From Eukaryota sp. GEM-RC1 (lineage: Eukaryota): a stretch of 64,000 nt of DNA. The stretch spans positions 496,001 through 560,000 of the forward strand of contig JAUFOQ010000006.1 of assembly GCA_040285855.1 (NCBI GenBank), read 5' to 3'. Shown in pieces: positions 37,699-49,900 of this stretch (positions are counted from its first letter, which is position 1; each line of letters opens with the position of its first letter). The position numbers were made by a program, and so were the translations under genes. The notes under the pieces are model-generated. The model was not told the origin of the DNA, searched no databases, and saw only the letters and a program-made list of their open reading frames with translations.

Positions 37699-38223
37699 CT
37701 AAACCGTTCGTTTCGTTTTTAATAGATAGGCTCCTAGCCATTCAAGTGCATTGAAGGAAGAATCAGGATTCTTGATTAAGTTTTTGCGTTCAACTATCTT
37801 TAATAGTTCTTCCAATGCCGGACTAACAACCTCAAGAATATTATCTACATATAGACGGTTTTGAGTGTCTACTAAATGACACAGATTGGTGTTTTGTTGT
37901 GTTGGTTTTGCTAAATCATCAAAAACAAACTCCAAAACATCATTAATTTGAGTTGAAGGTATGGCAAAAGCAGATCCAGGGAGTTCTGGTAGAGTTTCTG
38001 TTTCTTCGCTCTTGACAAGCAGGAATTCAATAGGATATTTATCCATGGTATCATTGAGAGAATTCAGTAGAGATTGTTGAGATAGAAAGATAAACTGAGC
38101 ATCCTTGGTTGAAAGAAGAAGGGTTTTGCGAGCTGATATGATGTATCTGTTTGTAAGTTTCAAACATTCTGTGACTTCAAAGCTACTCGTAACTGAAGGA
38201 ACAACGACTATCGATGTGTCCAT
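37699..38223 (-). CDS. Hypothetical protein, possible C-terminal Dpy-30/RIIa-like motif
   Basis: VSPALEELLK...FNALEWLGAYLLK. Confidence 0.5.
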   Translation of the reverse strand: MDTSIVVVPSVTSSFEVTECLKLTNRYIISARKTLLLSTKDAQFIFLSQQSLLNSLNDTMDKYPIEFLLVKSEETETLPELPGSAFAIPSTQINDVLEFVFDDLAKPTQQNTNLCHLVDTQNRLYVDNILEVVSPALEELLKIVERKNLIKNPDSSFNALEWLGAYLLKTKRTV

Positions 38224-38330
38224 TTTGTGTAATTGCTTCTATTCAGGTAAGGCACTTGGGATCACTGAACTTAGACAGTAGATTTCTTCAACATTTCATT
38301 TCAACAACCCAATATTGGTACAATCCACTA

Positions 38331-39465
38331 ATGGGACAATCATCAAGCTCCCTCACTATCCTCCCTAAACTTCCACGTAGTCTTACACGTCTCGCGCTAC
38401 AATGTAATTCGCCCGTCTATGAACTTCTAGCGTTTCTGGGGTCCGAAGTGATCTCTTCCTGGGTTTCTCATTCCTACACCAATAGACATGAATGCTCATC
38501 TCCTTCGAATTCCTCTAGAAAACGTATGCCTTCGTCATCCCACGAACAAACATCAGATCCCTCTGACGGAGATGTGAGTGATGCGGATGAAACAGACGAC
38601 GATTTCCCTGTCATTACGCCTTATGCCCTCATCCACTACTTCCGTAAACGGTCCGTTCTCGCTTCCTTCCACCCTAAACTCTCCAGTCGTGTAGGCTACA
38701 CCTCTAAGGCCACTGACCTTGGCACTGACGTAGAAGCCATCATCGGTGCTCTCTCAATAACCATGATTTCCGAAAAGAACGAAAAGTCATTCATCTCCGT
38801 GATACTCCCCCTATTCTGCTTCCTTAATGAGCTCTTTGGACAGGTGGACATCCCACCTTTCTTCATCCCTGCCACTCACTCTGATGTCCGCCCTCTCTCA
38901 TCTCCCCCTTTCTGTAGCTGGACCTCCCAATAGGTCATTTAATGACATACTGAAGAGAGCAAATGTACGGCTTGGATCTGCACCCGCACTGAAGGACTTT
39001 CATGAATTGACGATATCGGAAGCTACTGCGTCCTCACTATTACTACAACATGCCGTAGCTTCATCAGTCACTCATTTGTTTTCATTTGTGCTGCTTTGTC
39101 AGAAGACTCTCAAACAAATTGGGGTTAAAAGATTCAATTGTCAACATTTTAAAGTTTTGTCAGTTATTCATTTAACGTTGTCGGCAATGCCTGAATGTTT
39201 AGATTATCTGTCTACTGTATATATCGCATTGGATAACAACAATAGTAGTCATTTTATTGAGCTTTTGCAAGATTGTTCTAGGTGTAAGTTCGCAGAGAGT
39301 GTTGTAAGTTCTGTTGATCAACTAGCTAGAGATTTCAATGATGACGTGATAATACGTGGACCACGGCGTTATGGACTACCAAATATGTTCAAAGGGAAAT
39401 TGAAGAAGTTGTTTTCCATGGAGTCATGGGTAGTGTGTGTTTTTTGTATCTTTCGAATTTTGTAA
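38331..39465 (+). CDS. Hypothetical protein (two ORFs joined by an indel near 38905), MGQSSS possible N-myristoylation start
   Basis: Overlapping same-strand ORFs 38214-38933 and 38827-39465. Confidence 0.5.
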
Positions 39466-39790
39466 ATACTGTAAATTAAGTCTGGTTAAGACTGAGTGTT
39501 TTTTTGACAACAATTATGTGTTATATGCAAGGGTCGGGTGTGATTGAATTTCACTCTTGCTTTTTTTGAACATTTTTGACGGATATTTTGTAGTTTTTTT
39601 ATAAATTTATTATACATGATGTTTGACTTTGAAGAAATATTCAATCTTATCATTCGTATACCACAGTTGACGTTGTTCGCAATGGTTAAAACTGCTTTCA
39701 AAAGCAGGGTGGATCACGTGGATGAATTCTGAAAAGAATGAAGGGGCTATGGAGATATATCTCTATATAGGGCTATACAAAGAATTAGAT

Positions 39791-40189
39791 TAAAGTAAAA
39801 TATGAAATTGAAGCCCCTCCACGTAATAGTGGCCCCCACGCAATAGTGGCCGATTTTTGGATGGGGCTTATACGGAGAGGCCTCACCACGTAATAGTAGC
39901 CCCTGGTTATAAAGAATTTATAAGTATCGATCTTCGAGGATTTGGCCATATTGTGTGAGTTAGAATTGGGTGAGTCACATGTGGAAGTTGTTGATGAGTA
40001 ACTGTTTTTATTGTTTTTGACAGTGAATCCACTACATGCGACACAACTGAGACTTCAGAACATGATTTGGTAAGGGGCTTATAGAGAGAAGCCCCACCAC
40101 GTAATAGTAGCCCCCACGTAATAGTAGCCGATTTTAAGATGGGGCTTATACGGACAGGCCCCGGGGCTTCAATTTCATATTTTACTTTA
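39791..40189. mobile_element. 399-bp MITE
   Basis: Perfect 27-bp TIR TAAAGTAAAATATGAAATTGAAGCCCC; five CCACGYAATAGTRGCC units; terminal TA may be the TSD, and GAT also flanks both sides. Confidence 0.9.
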
Positions 40190-40217
40190 GATGATCTTTT
40201 TGTCTTCTTGTCTACCA

Positions 40218-40553
40218 ATGCAGGTTTTCCTTTTCATTTTGCTGATTGTTGTGTTTGCCAACTGTACTATCCATCAGGTCCAAGTTCACAATAGGTCTCC
40301 TTATACGCTAACACGAACCTTGATGTCAACTGCTGGTCGTTTTGAATCACATCCTGCAAGGACTCTCTATCCACTCATGTGGACTACAATGGCCATAAGT
40401 GGTGATCAAATTTCTTTCAATTCTCTAAGATACACTGGTAATCGACAGTCTGGTTATATTCGATTTGGAATAGATGGGTGTACATGTGAGGGATGTGACT
40501 GCCGTGTTGAAACTGTTTCCTCTACTTCTTGGAAGGTTTATTTCTCTTGCTAA
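40218..40553 (+). CDS. Small secreted Cys-containing beta-rich protein
   Basis: Signal peptide MQVFLFILLIVVFA; VQVHNRSPYTL...HPARTLYP. Confidence 0.6.
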   Translation: MQVFLFILLIVVFANCTIHQVQVHNRSPYTLTRTLMSTAGRFESHPARTLYPLMWTTMAISGDQISFNSLRYTGNRQSGYIRFGIDGCTCEGCDCRVETVSSTSWKVYFSC

Positions 40554-40963
40554 TTCTGTAATATGTGTCGTTTCTTTTTTTGTAAAGTTTTGTTTTCACA
40601 TCAATACTGATTTCTTAATTCTCTTTCGGGTTAATTCACAGGCCCCCAGGTTTGATCATGTTACAAATATTATACATATAGTCTTGGTAGTAATGTAATC
40701 ATAAAAGAGGGTGTGGATTATATTGTTTCCTTTCGTTATGTCACGATGATCTTAAAAGAACAATGGCTTTGAAATAGAACGACAATCAAACAGTATCTCG
40801 GGGAATTAATTCAATTAATTAAAAATATATTAAATTTTTCACATCACTGCTATAACCGAACCTTTTTCTTTGTAAGATCCCCAGAATTCCACAATGTAAA
40901 AATGATATAAAACACATGATGATATAATTGGAAACAATAAACATAAAATATTATCTAGAAAGA

Positions 40964-41857
40964 CTAATTATACAAGAAATCTCTAACAAATTTCTTCATA
41001 TTTTCTGGAATTGGAGCTTTCCATAAGGCAACGTAATCAACATTATACTTTTTGATCAGTTCAAAACGATGAGCAATCTCTTCCTCAGTCAGGAACTTTC
41101 CTGTGTTAGGATCAGTACTCATAATACCTATACAAACTTTCTCCAAAGGCATGGAGTTGACAATCTTGAAGAAGGCGCGGTCCCAAGCGTCTGTGTGAGA
41201 CGAAGCATCTAGAGTAAGAAATTCAATAGGGGGGAATTGAACATACACTAAAGTGAGATAAAGAATGAAGAAGGACATACAGTATCCATGGTGCAAATCT
41301 TGTCTGCTTCACAAGTACCAAGTAGTTTAAAGTCAGCGAAAGCCTTAACCCAAGAAGCAACTGCCAGGACAACTTTTTTCCCTCTCTTATGCATTTCTCT
41401 GCTTAAAAGGTTCACAAAATTGATGTATCCATGGATTTCTTCAGGATTAGTCCATGAGGGTTCAATATCTACTTGGATACCAGCATATCGTGTAGTATTA
41501 GCAACAACTTCATTGATGAAGGGCATAGGGTTGGCAAGTAGTTCTCGGAACCATTCGGTGAGCTCACGTCGTTCAGGGGGGATAGCTTGAGATCATTGGA
41601 AGTGCAGGAAGAGAGACTTTGTCATAGAAGTCTGATGGATCTGATAAGTCACCTTCAGAATCACGAATAAGGGTTGAATTGGGTCCTAAGTTAAACAACT
41701 CGAAGCTAATCACAGAAAAGAGGTCACGATTTTGCTCAACTTGTTTCATTAAAGCAGGGACATCATCACCACAGCGTTCAAGACAGTGCCACGGTTGGAA
41801 TACTTTGGCCGCATAGATAATGGTAAAGAAAGCCGCAAAGACAAGGAATCGGGACAT
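40964..41857 (-). CDS. Secreted GH18-like glycoside hydrolase; intron 41248-41280, indel near 41578
   Basis: Signal peptide; GIQVDIEP (DxE catalytic end); MDT; YVALW. Confidence 0.65.
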
Positions 41858-41893
41858 TTTGGAGACAACTTTTCCAAAAGGAACACCACTCAT

Positions 41894-42916
41894 ATGCGTA
41901 CTTCTATTCTGTTCCTTCTTTCTGTATTTGTAGCAATATCGATATGCTCTCCCCCAAGTCCTCTTCGAAACACCATCTTGATTATTCATGATTCATCGAT
42001 CGATGAAAGTGATTTTGACACTCTTCAAGGCATCCTTAAAGGATACACTCTCGATTTTGCAATTCCTGACGATGAGGTCCAAGTAAAACACTTAGGATCT
42101 CTGGTTTACGACTTCATTGTATTTGTCTGCTCCGAGTATTCCTCACCTGCTGCTAATCTCGATTGGGACCAAATCCCTGATCTCATTGAAGAGGGCGTCA
42201 GTGTCATGTTCGTGCTTTCTGAGGACATCGATGACGAGCTCGAAACCACTCTCCTCGATATTGGATTCTCCGTTCCCGATGAAGAGATTGAATCCAAGGA
42301 GTTCGCCTTGACATCTCTCCCCGCGCGTGCCTTGTTGACCAGACGATCAAAGAACCGCCTCATTGTTCTTGATGACGTCAACGTTTTGACCCATCCCAAG
42401 TCCGATGATGAGTACAGTGATCTTAATGAGTTGTTCGATTTCTTTACTCAAGAGAAGCATCATTTCTTGGTCTCTTCCGATATCCACATCTCCCCCCAAC
42501 AGGACAACTACAAGGTTGGTGATGAAATTGAAGTTTGTTGCCTTGTTCAAGCTTACGACGGTGCCTCAGCCAACTACAAGACTGTCTCCGACGACAGCGT
42601 CTTTGCGTCCTTGAAGCTTGTTGAAGAGTATCTCCGTGTTCCAATGAAGTTCAATGTTGATCTTGGCAAACACTGTGGAAAACTAACTCTCCCCCAGAAG
42701 TATGGTGTCTTTACTCTTAATGTCGAACATGATGATGTTTTCGATGGTCAACACTTGGTTGAGAAGTCATTTAAGCTGTTGCCTGTCCGTCCATTACGTC
42801 ATGATGAGTATGAACGATGGATTCTTAAAGCATATCCTTATTATGCTGCAGTGTTGGTGGAGATTATAGTATTTATTGTATTTGTTGTGTTTTTGTTGTA
42901 CACAAATCTGCAGTGA
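41894..42916 (+). CDS. WBP1: Oligosaccharyltransferase 48-kDa subunit (shortened)
   Basis: Signal peptide; YKVGDEIE, LPQKYGVFTL, VRPLRHDEYERWILKAYPYY, C-terminal TM. Confidence 0.9.
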   Translation: MRTSILFLLSVFVAISICSPPSPLRNTILIIHDSSIDESDFDTLQGILKGYTLDFAIPDDEVQVKHLGSLVYDFIVFVCSEYSSPAANLDWDQIPDLIEEGVSVMFVLSEDIDDELETTLLDIGFSVPDEEIESKEFALTSLPARALLTRRSKNRLIVLDDVNVLTHPKSDDEYSDLNELFDFFTQEKHHFLVSSDIHISPQQDNYKVGDEIEVCCLVQAYDGASANYKTVSDDSVFASLKLVEEYLRVPMKFNVDLGKHCGKLTLPQKYGVFTLNVEHDDVFDGQHLVEKSFKLLPVRPLRHDEYERWILKAYPYYAAVLVEIIVFIVFVVFLLYTNLQ

Positions 42917-43210
42917 AACAGGATTAAGAATAAAGTAGACTTTATCACTTTCTATCTGGCCTTCTGTTCTAGTGTAGCATGGCTGTATTCCCGTATTCAG
43001 TATTGGGATGTTGAACACTGACGTAGAAAAGAATACGTACTGATTGCATAAAGTCTTGAACATCACAGTGGTGTACGTCTATGCCCCTGGAACGCGAAGT
43101 ATCGATTGTCAATCATGACTGCGATGGGTGTGCGAGTACACACTCCAACAACAAATTTTTGTTATTTTCTCAAACCAGACTTCCGTTCCAGTCTATTCTT
43201 CTGATTATAC

Positions 43211-43780
43211 ATGTCTCTTTCAGAGAGTTCTACGCCGGTTAACTCTCCCAAGCGAAGCAGGTCATCTTCTTGTTCTAAACCTGGAACTATCTATGCTCCC
43301 TCTTTCATCCATAAGAGCAAATATAAAACCGAGATCTGTCGGCAGTTTTTGGAGAGGGGGACTTGTCCCTATGGCGTCAAATGTCAGTTCGCGCATTCCA
43401 TACATGAGCTTCAGTCTAGTCCGAATTCACATAGGTACAAGACTGAGGTCTGCCGTCAATTTGAGCTTACAGGGCTATGTCAATATGGATCCCGTTGCAG
43501 ATTTCTTCATCCAAGGAATAGCCTGACTCCAGCTGGTTTGTTAAACCGATTCCGTCTTACTCTAGATGATGAGAAGGTCGTTATAGATTTGGTAGACACG
43601 CTTTCTGTTTCTCAGCGATCGAAATCTATGTCTGAACCATCTGTCACATCTACTTCTCAACCGCCGTCTTTCAGGCGAAGATCATATTCTTGTCATGCCA
43701 GTATCAGCACACCTGATCGTCTACCGATCTTTCGAAGGCTTACTCTTGGCAGTACAGACCCATTAAACAAAACTCATTAA
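43211..43780 (+). CDS. Tandem CCCH zinc-finger protein (tristetraprolin/ZFP36 family)
   Basis: [22 protein letters not shown] and [23 protein letters not shown]-terminal [11 protein letters not shown]1-binding motif. Confidence 0.93.
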   Translation: MSLSESSTPVNSPKRSRSSSCSKPGTIYAPSFIHKSKYKTEICRQFLERGTCPYGVKCQFAHSIHELQSSPNSHRYKTEVCRQFELTGLCQYGSRCRFLHPRNSLTPAGLLNRFRLTLDDEKVVIDLVDTLSVSQRSKSMSEPSVTSTSQPPSFRRRSYSCHASISTPDRLPIFRRLTLGSTDPLNKTH

Positions 43781-43886
43781 CTTTTGTTTTGTGTTCTCAC
43801 TCTCACTAACTTATTACTTCGTATATTTTTTTGTTTTCGTGTATAGTTTTTCTAGCATATTTCCGGATAAAATTATTTTATTTTGA

Positions 43887-44538
43887 CTATTTAGATTTCA
43901 AACACAATGTCACTAAATTCGACCCTTCTTTGCCTCCATATTTGAAAGACTGATGCTTGCCTTCACAGTGGAGCTCAAACAAATCATTAGAACAGAACAG
44001 TTCTATCACTTCAGTTCGAGTCAAGTTTGAAGTGGTTATTATAAAATATCCATCTTTTTCAAAATATCGTGAATAGTGAGCACATACTTCAGCACGGGTT
44101 CTAGTGATCCTGAAAGCAATATAGCATCGAGAGTTCCCTTGTCATGTACAAGGTTGTAGAACTTTTCGTCAGTTGTGAGTCTGTTATATCATCAAGGTAA
44201 ACTTTGGCCGGTATTGATGAATCCTTCATTCGTTTTAAGGTTAAATCTACGGATTCTTTAACATAGTCCGTTCCTGAAAGTTGCGTAAAGTCCATGTCAT
44301 GCAAATTGATAAGAAACTCTCCATTTCCAGTTCCTACGTCGAGGATTTGACAATCCGGTAAGAGATTGAGAGTGGTGATGATGTCAAGAACCACTCTGAC
44401 CGCAGTTGCGTACCAAATTTCCATAACATCGTCGTTTTCAGCAATATAGCGTGACTCGGACTGATAAAATGTACTCCAATAGTCTTGAGTTCCCAAAGAG
44501 GAAGGCTTGAAGAGCTTAATAGACGGTAGAACGGTCAT
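43887..44538 (-). CDS. EFM4: eEF1A lysine methyltransferase (EFM4/METTL10)
   Basis: PSSLGTQDYW, EIWY, ILDVGTGNG, GTDY, C-terminal FKYGGKEG; indels near 44160-44100. Confidence 0.88.
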
Positions 44539-44959
44539 TGTCAAAAATGATTGGATTGTTTGTTTGTTGGAGAATTGTCAAAGTTGGCTCTCTTTCTTTA
44601 GGCTATCTACCAAGAGGATGCTATCTACTGAACAACCAACTAAAAGTATCTAGTGGTATTGGTGTTTACAAACCAAGTACACTATAATAATTGATGAAGT
44701 TCACACATTGCTCTGCACAATCAATCATCCTGTAAAATGCAGACGGATATACTGTACACGGACAAATAATGATGTATTATTTTTGTTGTTATGGTCAAAA
44801 CACATTAAAACAAATGATGATAGGGAACAACAGTTATGATCAATAGTCTTCTCAAAAACTCGAATAATAATGTTGGATCACACTTACTCCGAAAAAATAC
44901 TAAAATACACAGCAAAAAATACACATAAATAACAATTCTAATGAATCCTGGCAAACATA

Positions 44960-45507
44960 TTATACAACCAATCCAAACTCACTAAATCCTCGGACACTCA
45001 AGTTAAACTCGACACTAAGCCATCCGTTTGTTCTTGTTCGAACCATTTCCCGATGATCGTTTTTCCCAGCCCAAAGAGGATCTGCTGGGTGAGGAAGATA
45101 GCCTGTAGCCCATGCTGTGATACCTTCAATTACAGAGGTTGGAACTATTTGAAAAGAGGTATTGTTTGAATAGTTGAACCAGGTTTTAACGGTAACACAA
45201 TTGCACCGTATCCAACATGCACCTCACGGTCAAGCCAATCTTTTCCAAAGATCTGGAACACAAGTCTAGGCCAGCCATGAACAGAAGAAGATTCGAATGA
45301 AATAGAGAGAGGAATTGCCCATGTTGCATAGGAAGAATCTGTGTCATTGTAGTGAGATTTGGTACAAGTATGGGAAACTCCTTCTAATGTACCAGAATAT
45401 TGCCAGTTGGAACCAAAGAACCATTGGTACTTAAGAGTCAAATGGTCATGTGAGAAGACTGTCCCTGTTCGAATCTGACCAGAGACAGATATAGTGAAGC
45501 TGCTCAT
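44960..45507 (-). CDS. B9D2: B9 domain transition-zone protein
   Basis: GQI, EGVSHTC, WAIPL, HGWPRL, GYG..LPLKPG; indel near 45150; ends RGFSEFGLVV. Confidence 0.8.
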
Positions 45508-46936
45508 GAAAGGTTTGAGTGCTTCAAAATGTTACAAAGTCAAGTCCTGGGGTTTTCATTTGTTTGGTGTTCAAAAATTTTTCACCACCAACAGAATACT
45601 AGTATCATATGCCTCTAGCTTTTCCCTTATTAATAAACGGCTTTGATGTTCAGAAACTTTCTTGTCATGCATCCAAATCTGCAACTAGATTCTTCAACAC
45701 CCTTTATTACCATAAATAGCTACTTAATGCATGCCATAAACAAAAACACACCTCATATGTGGACAAGATCTACGACAATTGAAGACAAATTCATCAGAAG
45801 ATGTTCGTGTTCGGGCCGTTTCTGCCTTTTTGGTCATGTTCAGCAACACAAAAGCAAGATGCGGAACAGCATTTGGTCAGTCAATCCATTCTTAGCCGGT
45901 GGTTTTCTTCAACCTTCGAAGAAACAGTTGTGACGGCCACACAAGTCAGTGGAATATTGTCTGATGACGAAATTCAACAGCTTAGACACGTTGTGGAAGG
46001 AGATCCACATGTTTTGTGAGGCTTCGAAAAACATTTCCATCCCAAGTCTCTCTAGACTTCTTACAACTCTTTGTTACTCTCATAGAAAGTGTCAGTTTAA
46101 CATAGTCAGTGGTGATCAGGACCAGTAGTATTTTTAAACCATGTATTGTGACCTTATTTATGTAAATATGTTATTCTTTCCGTGCTTTATTACCACTAGA
46201 ACCCTACAGGTGGGAGATTGTTTAGTAACAATTGATTATAAACACATTTCTGGTAAATGATTGGAGGAGAACAACAAAGAGGTTCATGTGTGTAAGAAGG
46301 AGCAGAAACATGTAACGTGTGGATAATGAAGCAGAAGATATTGGAACAATGATGCTTGGTGTCTGTGAAGAAAATTCTTCAGCGGCAACAACATAACCAG
46401 AGAAATGCTGAACAAGAAGGACAATGCCAAGGTTTTCAAGATGTTGATATCAAGGTGTTTTACATTAAGAAAGCAAACATGTTATTGAGAAGACATGTTC
46501 AAGTGAAGACACTATTGACTTGAGAAGATCTACAACTTGATTAAGAAGTGCCTGGTAGGCATTAATAGTAGTTTCAGTCATCAGCAAGTGGCTTATTTAT
46601 GACAAATGCTTCAAGGATGTCCTTCAAAGGGCACAAAGTAATAAAGACACTCAAGGTACAACAATGTACAACAAGAAGAAGTGGGGGTGTAAGAAGAAGT
46701 TGGTACTACTGTAGTATTAGTATGAAGGAGAAAAAAATGAAATTGAACAATAAATCAAAACGAAACGGAATCCAATGGAGGGGAAGGTGATGACAATCAC
46801 ATTACCGACATTGACTATTCTGGTTTCATGGTTCCTCACAATGACTCTGAAGATACACGTGGTTCCTTGGCTTCACACCCAACTCTTGAAGGTGTGGACC
46901 CTTCTTTGACTTGACCTACACGGGAAAAGTGCACTA

Positions 46937-49900
46937 TTGCAAATGACTGCACTTTCCCAGTATGCTCCTCAAAACTACCTTGTGTCAATTGCTCTCTCCT
47001 TAATTGACTTAGAGACAGAGTCTATTGGTTCTTCGTTCTACTTTTCTTGGGACTGTTTTATTCCACCATCTCGTGACTCCCATTGCTACCACTTTGACAC
47101 TGAAGCAACAATGATACAGTTTTTCATTGATTTTTTAGTAGCCACGAAACCTCAATTATTGATTTTTTACAATCATGAATTTGAAATGTTTCCGTACTTG
47201 CTTGAACGATGTCAGCTTCTGGATTTGAAATCCAATTTTGAAATTTCAGATTACATACCTGACATTCCATTGTGGTTCCGTCGATGGTGTTCCCCAACAA
47301 AATTTGGTCCGTTTGTTGCCCTCAATCTTCAAAACGTGGTCAGGGATACATACAAAATTAAAGGAGGGAATGACCTCGAAAATGTCATCGAAAAGCTGCT
47401 AATGCCAAATTTTGTTATGGAGTTCTTGCTTTCTGAAGAAGAATTGAAAAACTTCTCAACAGAATTTAAAAGAGTTTTATCTTTAGACAAAATTCCTGAA
47501 AAAATGATGACCAAGTTTCTACTGTGTGCTAAAGACTCTAAACTGTCAGTATTGTTGTCATCTGCTGGTGGACAGACTGTATTGAAAAACCACATGTTTC
47601 TACAGGCCACTTATCTGATTCAATTATTTAAATTTTATAACACGACTGAGATTCAAAAACTGGTAGGAAGGCCTCCCATGAAAGTGGTGAAAATGGGGTT
47701 ACAAAAGGTGTTGAAAGATCAATCCCATATAGAGGTTATTGAGGATTGTGTGATCAGGACACATCAGTTAGTTGTTCGTGGTACTGGGTTCCTTAAAAGC
47801 TTCCTTTTACACGAATTTGAAGAAGCTTCAGATCCAATTTGTTCTATGAATGATGAGACAAATTGTGTTGTTCCAGAATCGATGGAATCTTATGACATTG
47901 ATGCTGTTCCCTACTACGAACTCCGTTCAAGACAACGAAATATTGTAAATTTAAAAAACTATCTAGGTCATCATGAATTACGTCAATTGCTGCGACGAAT
48001 GGGAATCAAAAAATCTCAGAAATTATTCAGAGATAACCCATGTTCTGATCTTGAGTTTATCTATCGAGAATCTGGTGATTTTCTGTCCAATCATTTTGTC
48101 CAAGATGCTGAGTTCATGTTTGTTCAATACTATTTTGACCATTACATTCCAATTTTGAACAATCTCAGTACTACTATGGGTGAAGAGGTTGTAACAATTC
48201 CTTCTTTGCAGTACCTTCCAAGAATTCTTGATTATGCTGCGAAACAAATCAAAACAAATTATGAAAACAACATGTCTCTTCATTTTCACGAACATGTTTT
48301 TCGATTGTACAATCTTGTTCTGGACAAAAAAAGAAGGCTGAAACTGCTGGGTAAATCTGCTCGTTTAAAATTGTTGAAGAAAATGAATTCTGTTCGAGAC
48401 ATGATTGTTAAAGGGGATTTTGAGAACATACCTTTTAAAGATACTGATGTCTTTCCAAATCCAACTTCAGAAGCTACACTTTACTTTCTAGCTTATCTTA
48501 AATTTAATCTTTTCCCTATCCTGACTTCCGACAAAAATCTTTACTATTGTCAGAAAGCAGATCCACTGACATACGTGAGCCATGCAATTTATTTGGCGAA
48601 AATCACCCAAAGTTTCTTTTTCAATGATGATGGTATTCCAGTTTCTGCTGCTAATCCTTTTCCATCCAGTAGGTCTTTGATTCCTAAAAGTATAAGACTG
48701 GACACAAACTGGATTAATGAGCGCTTTGTTCAATTAAAAGGATCTGCTGATCAGATGAGGAAAACAGTTTTTGCATCCGTAGTAACAGATGAAGTGTTAC
48801 AAGATAGTACTTCGTATGTTGTGAAGTGCTCATCTATCGTTACTGACGGAATATCATGTAGTGTACTCATGATAAGAAAAGACCTTGTAGACTTAGAAAC
48901 AGGTAATGAAAAAACAGGCTACTCTGCAGTTCAAAAATTAACTGAAGTAGAAAGTTATATTGATTGTCTATCAAAAAAGACATCGAAAAATTAAATTTAA
49001 AAAACCGAAGAATCATCGCAGTTGATCCTAATCAACATGATTTGATGTACTGTGTTTCTGAGAAAACAGTTGAAGAAAAAAATTTAGAAAAATTTATTGA
49101 GAACGGAGAAAATCCACTCAGAAAAAGAAAAACTTCAGAAGTAAGAAGTAAAAAAAAGAGGTGGTATCAAAAAAAGAAAAAAACAGTTAAAAAAATGGAG
49201 TACTTCAGATTTTCCCATGGTCAAGCTCAAGAAGAAAGATCAATGGAGTGTTTTTAGATACACTGCAGGGGAACGAGCCTTCGATCGCCGAGGCAAACAA
49301 TTCGAAAAAACAGAAAAGAAGAAAATTTTAGAATTCCAACCTCCAGGAATTGCTGCAAATGGAAAAGAAGTTCATGACTGGTTTTCCTCAGAAACTGCAG
49401 AAGGAGAACGCAAGTCATGCTTTAACTCAAAATTCACTGAGTATCTGGTCAAAAAGAGTTGTATAATGCTCTGATGTCTCCTCTGTATTCTCAACCTTGG
49501 TTCCGAAAGAAACGGTTTCTGCTCTACGGAAATAACCAGCGTTCTGAGAAGAACATGGCGGAGAGACTCAAATTGACCTTTGGTAGCCCATCCGAGACAG
49601 TGATTGCCTTTGGTGATTGGAGTGGCAAATCAACTGGAAGAAGAGGAAAGGCTCCAACTATTAAAGGGCTTGCCATGCGAACAATCCTGCGAAAACATGG
49701 TTTCCAAGTGTTCTTAACAGATGAATACAGAACAAGTAAGTGCTGCAGTGCCTGTGCTTCCAAGGGCATTGAAGGAGTGTGTTCGAATGTAGAAGAGGTC
49801 GACGTGAAATACAAACCGAAAGTATTACGAAACTTGGGGTATCAGAAAGCTAAATTGCGGAACAAAATCAGAAGGCACAATCGCCGCGATTCAGTCAACC

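Noticed and set aside
39818..40130. CRISPR-like array of CCACGTAATAGT repeats
   Set aside because: No regular unique spacers; lies inside MITE TIRs; eukaryotic context
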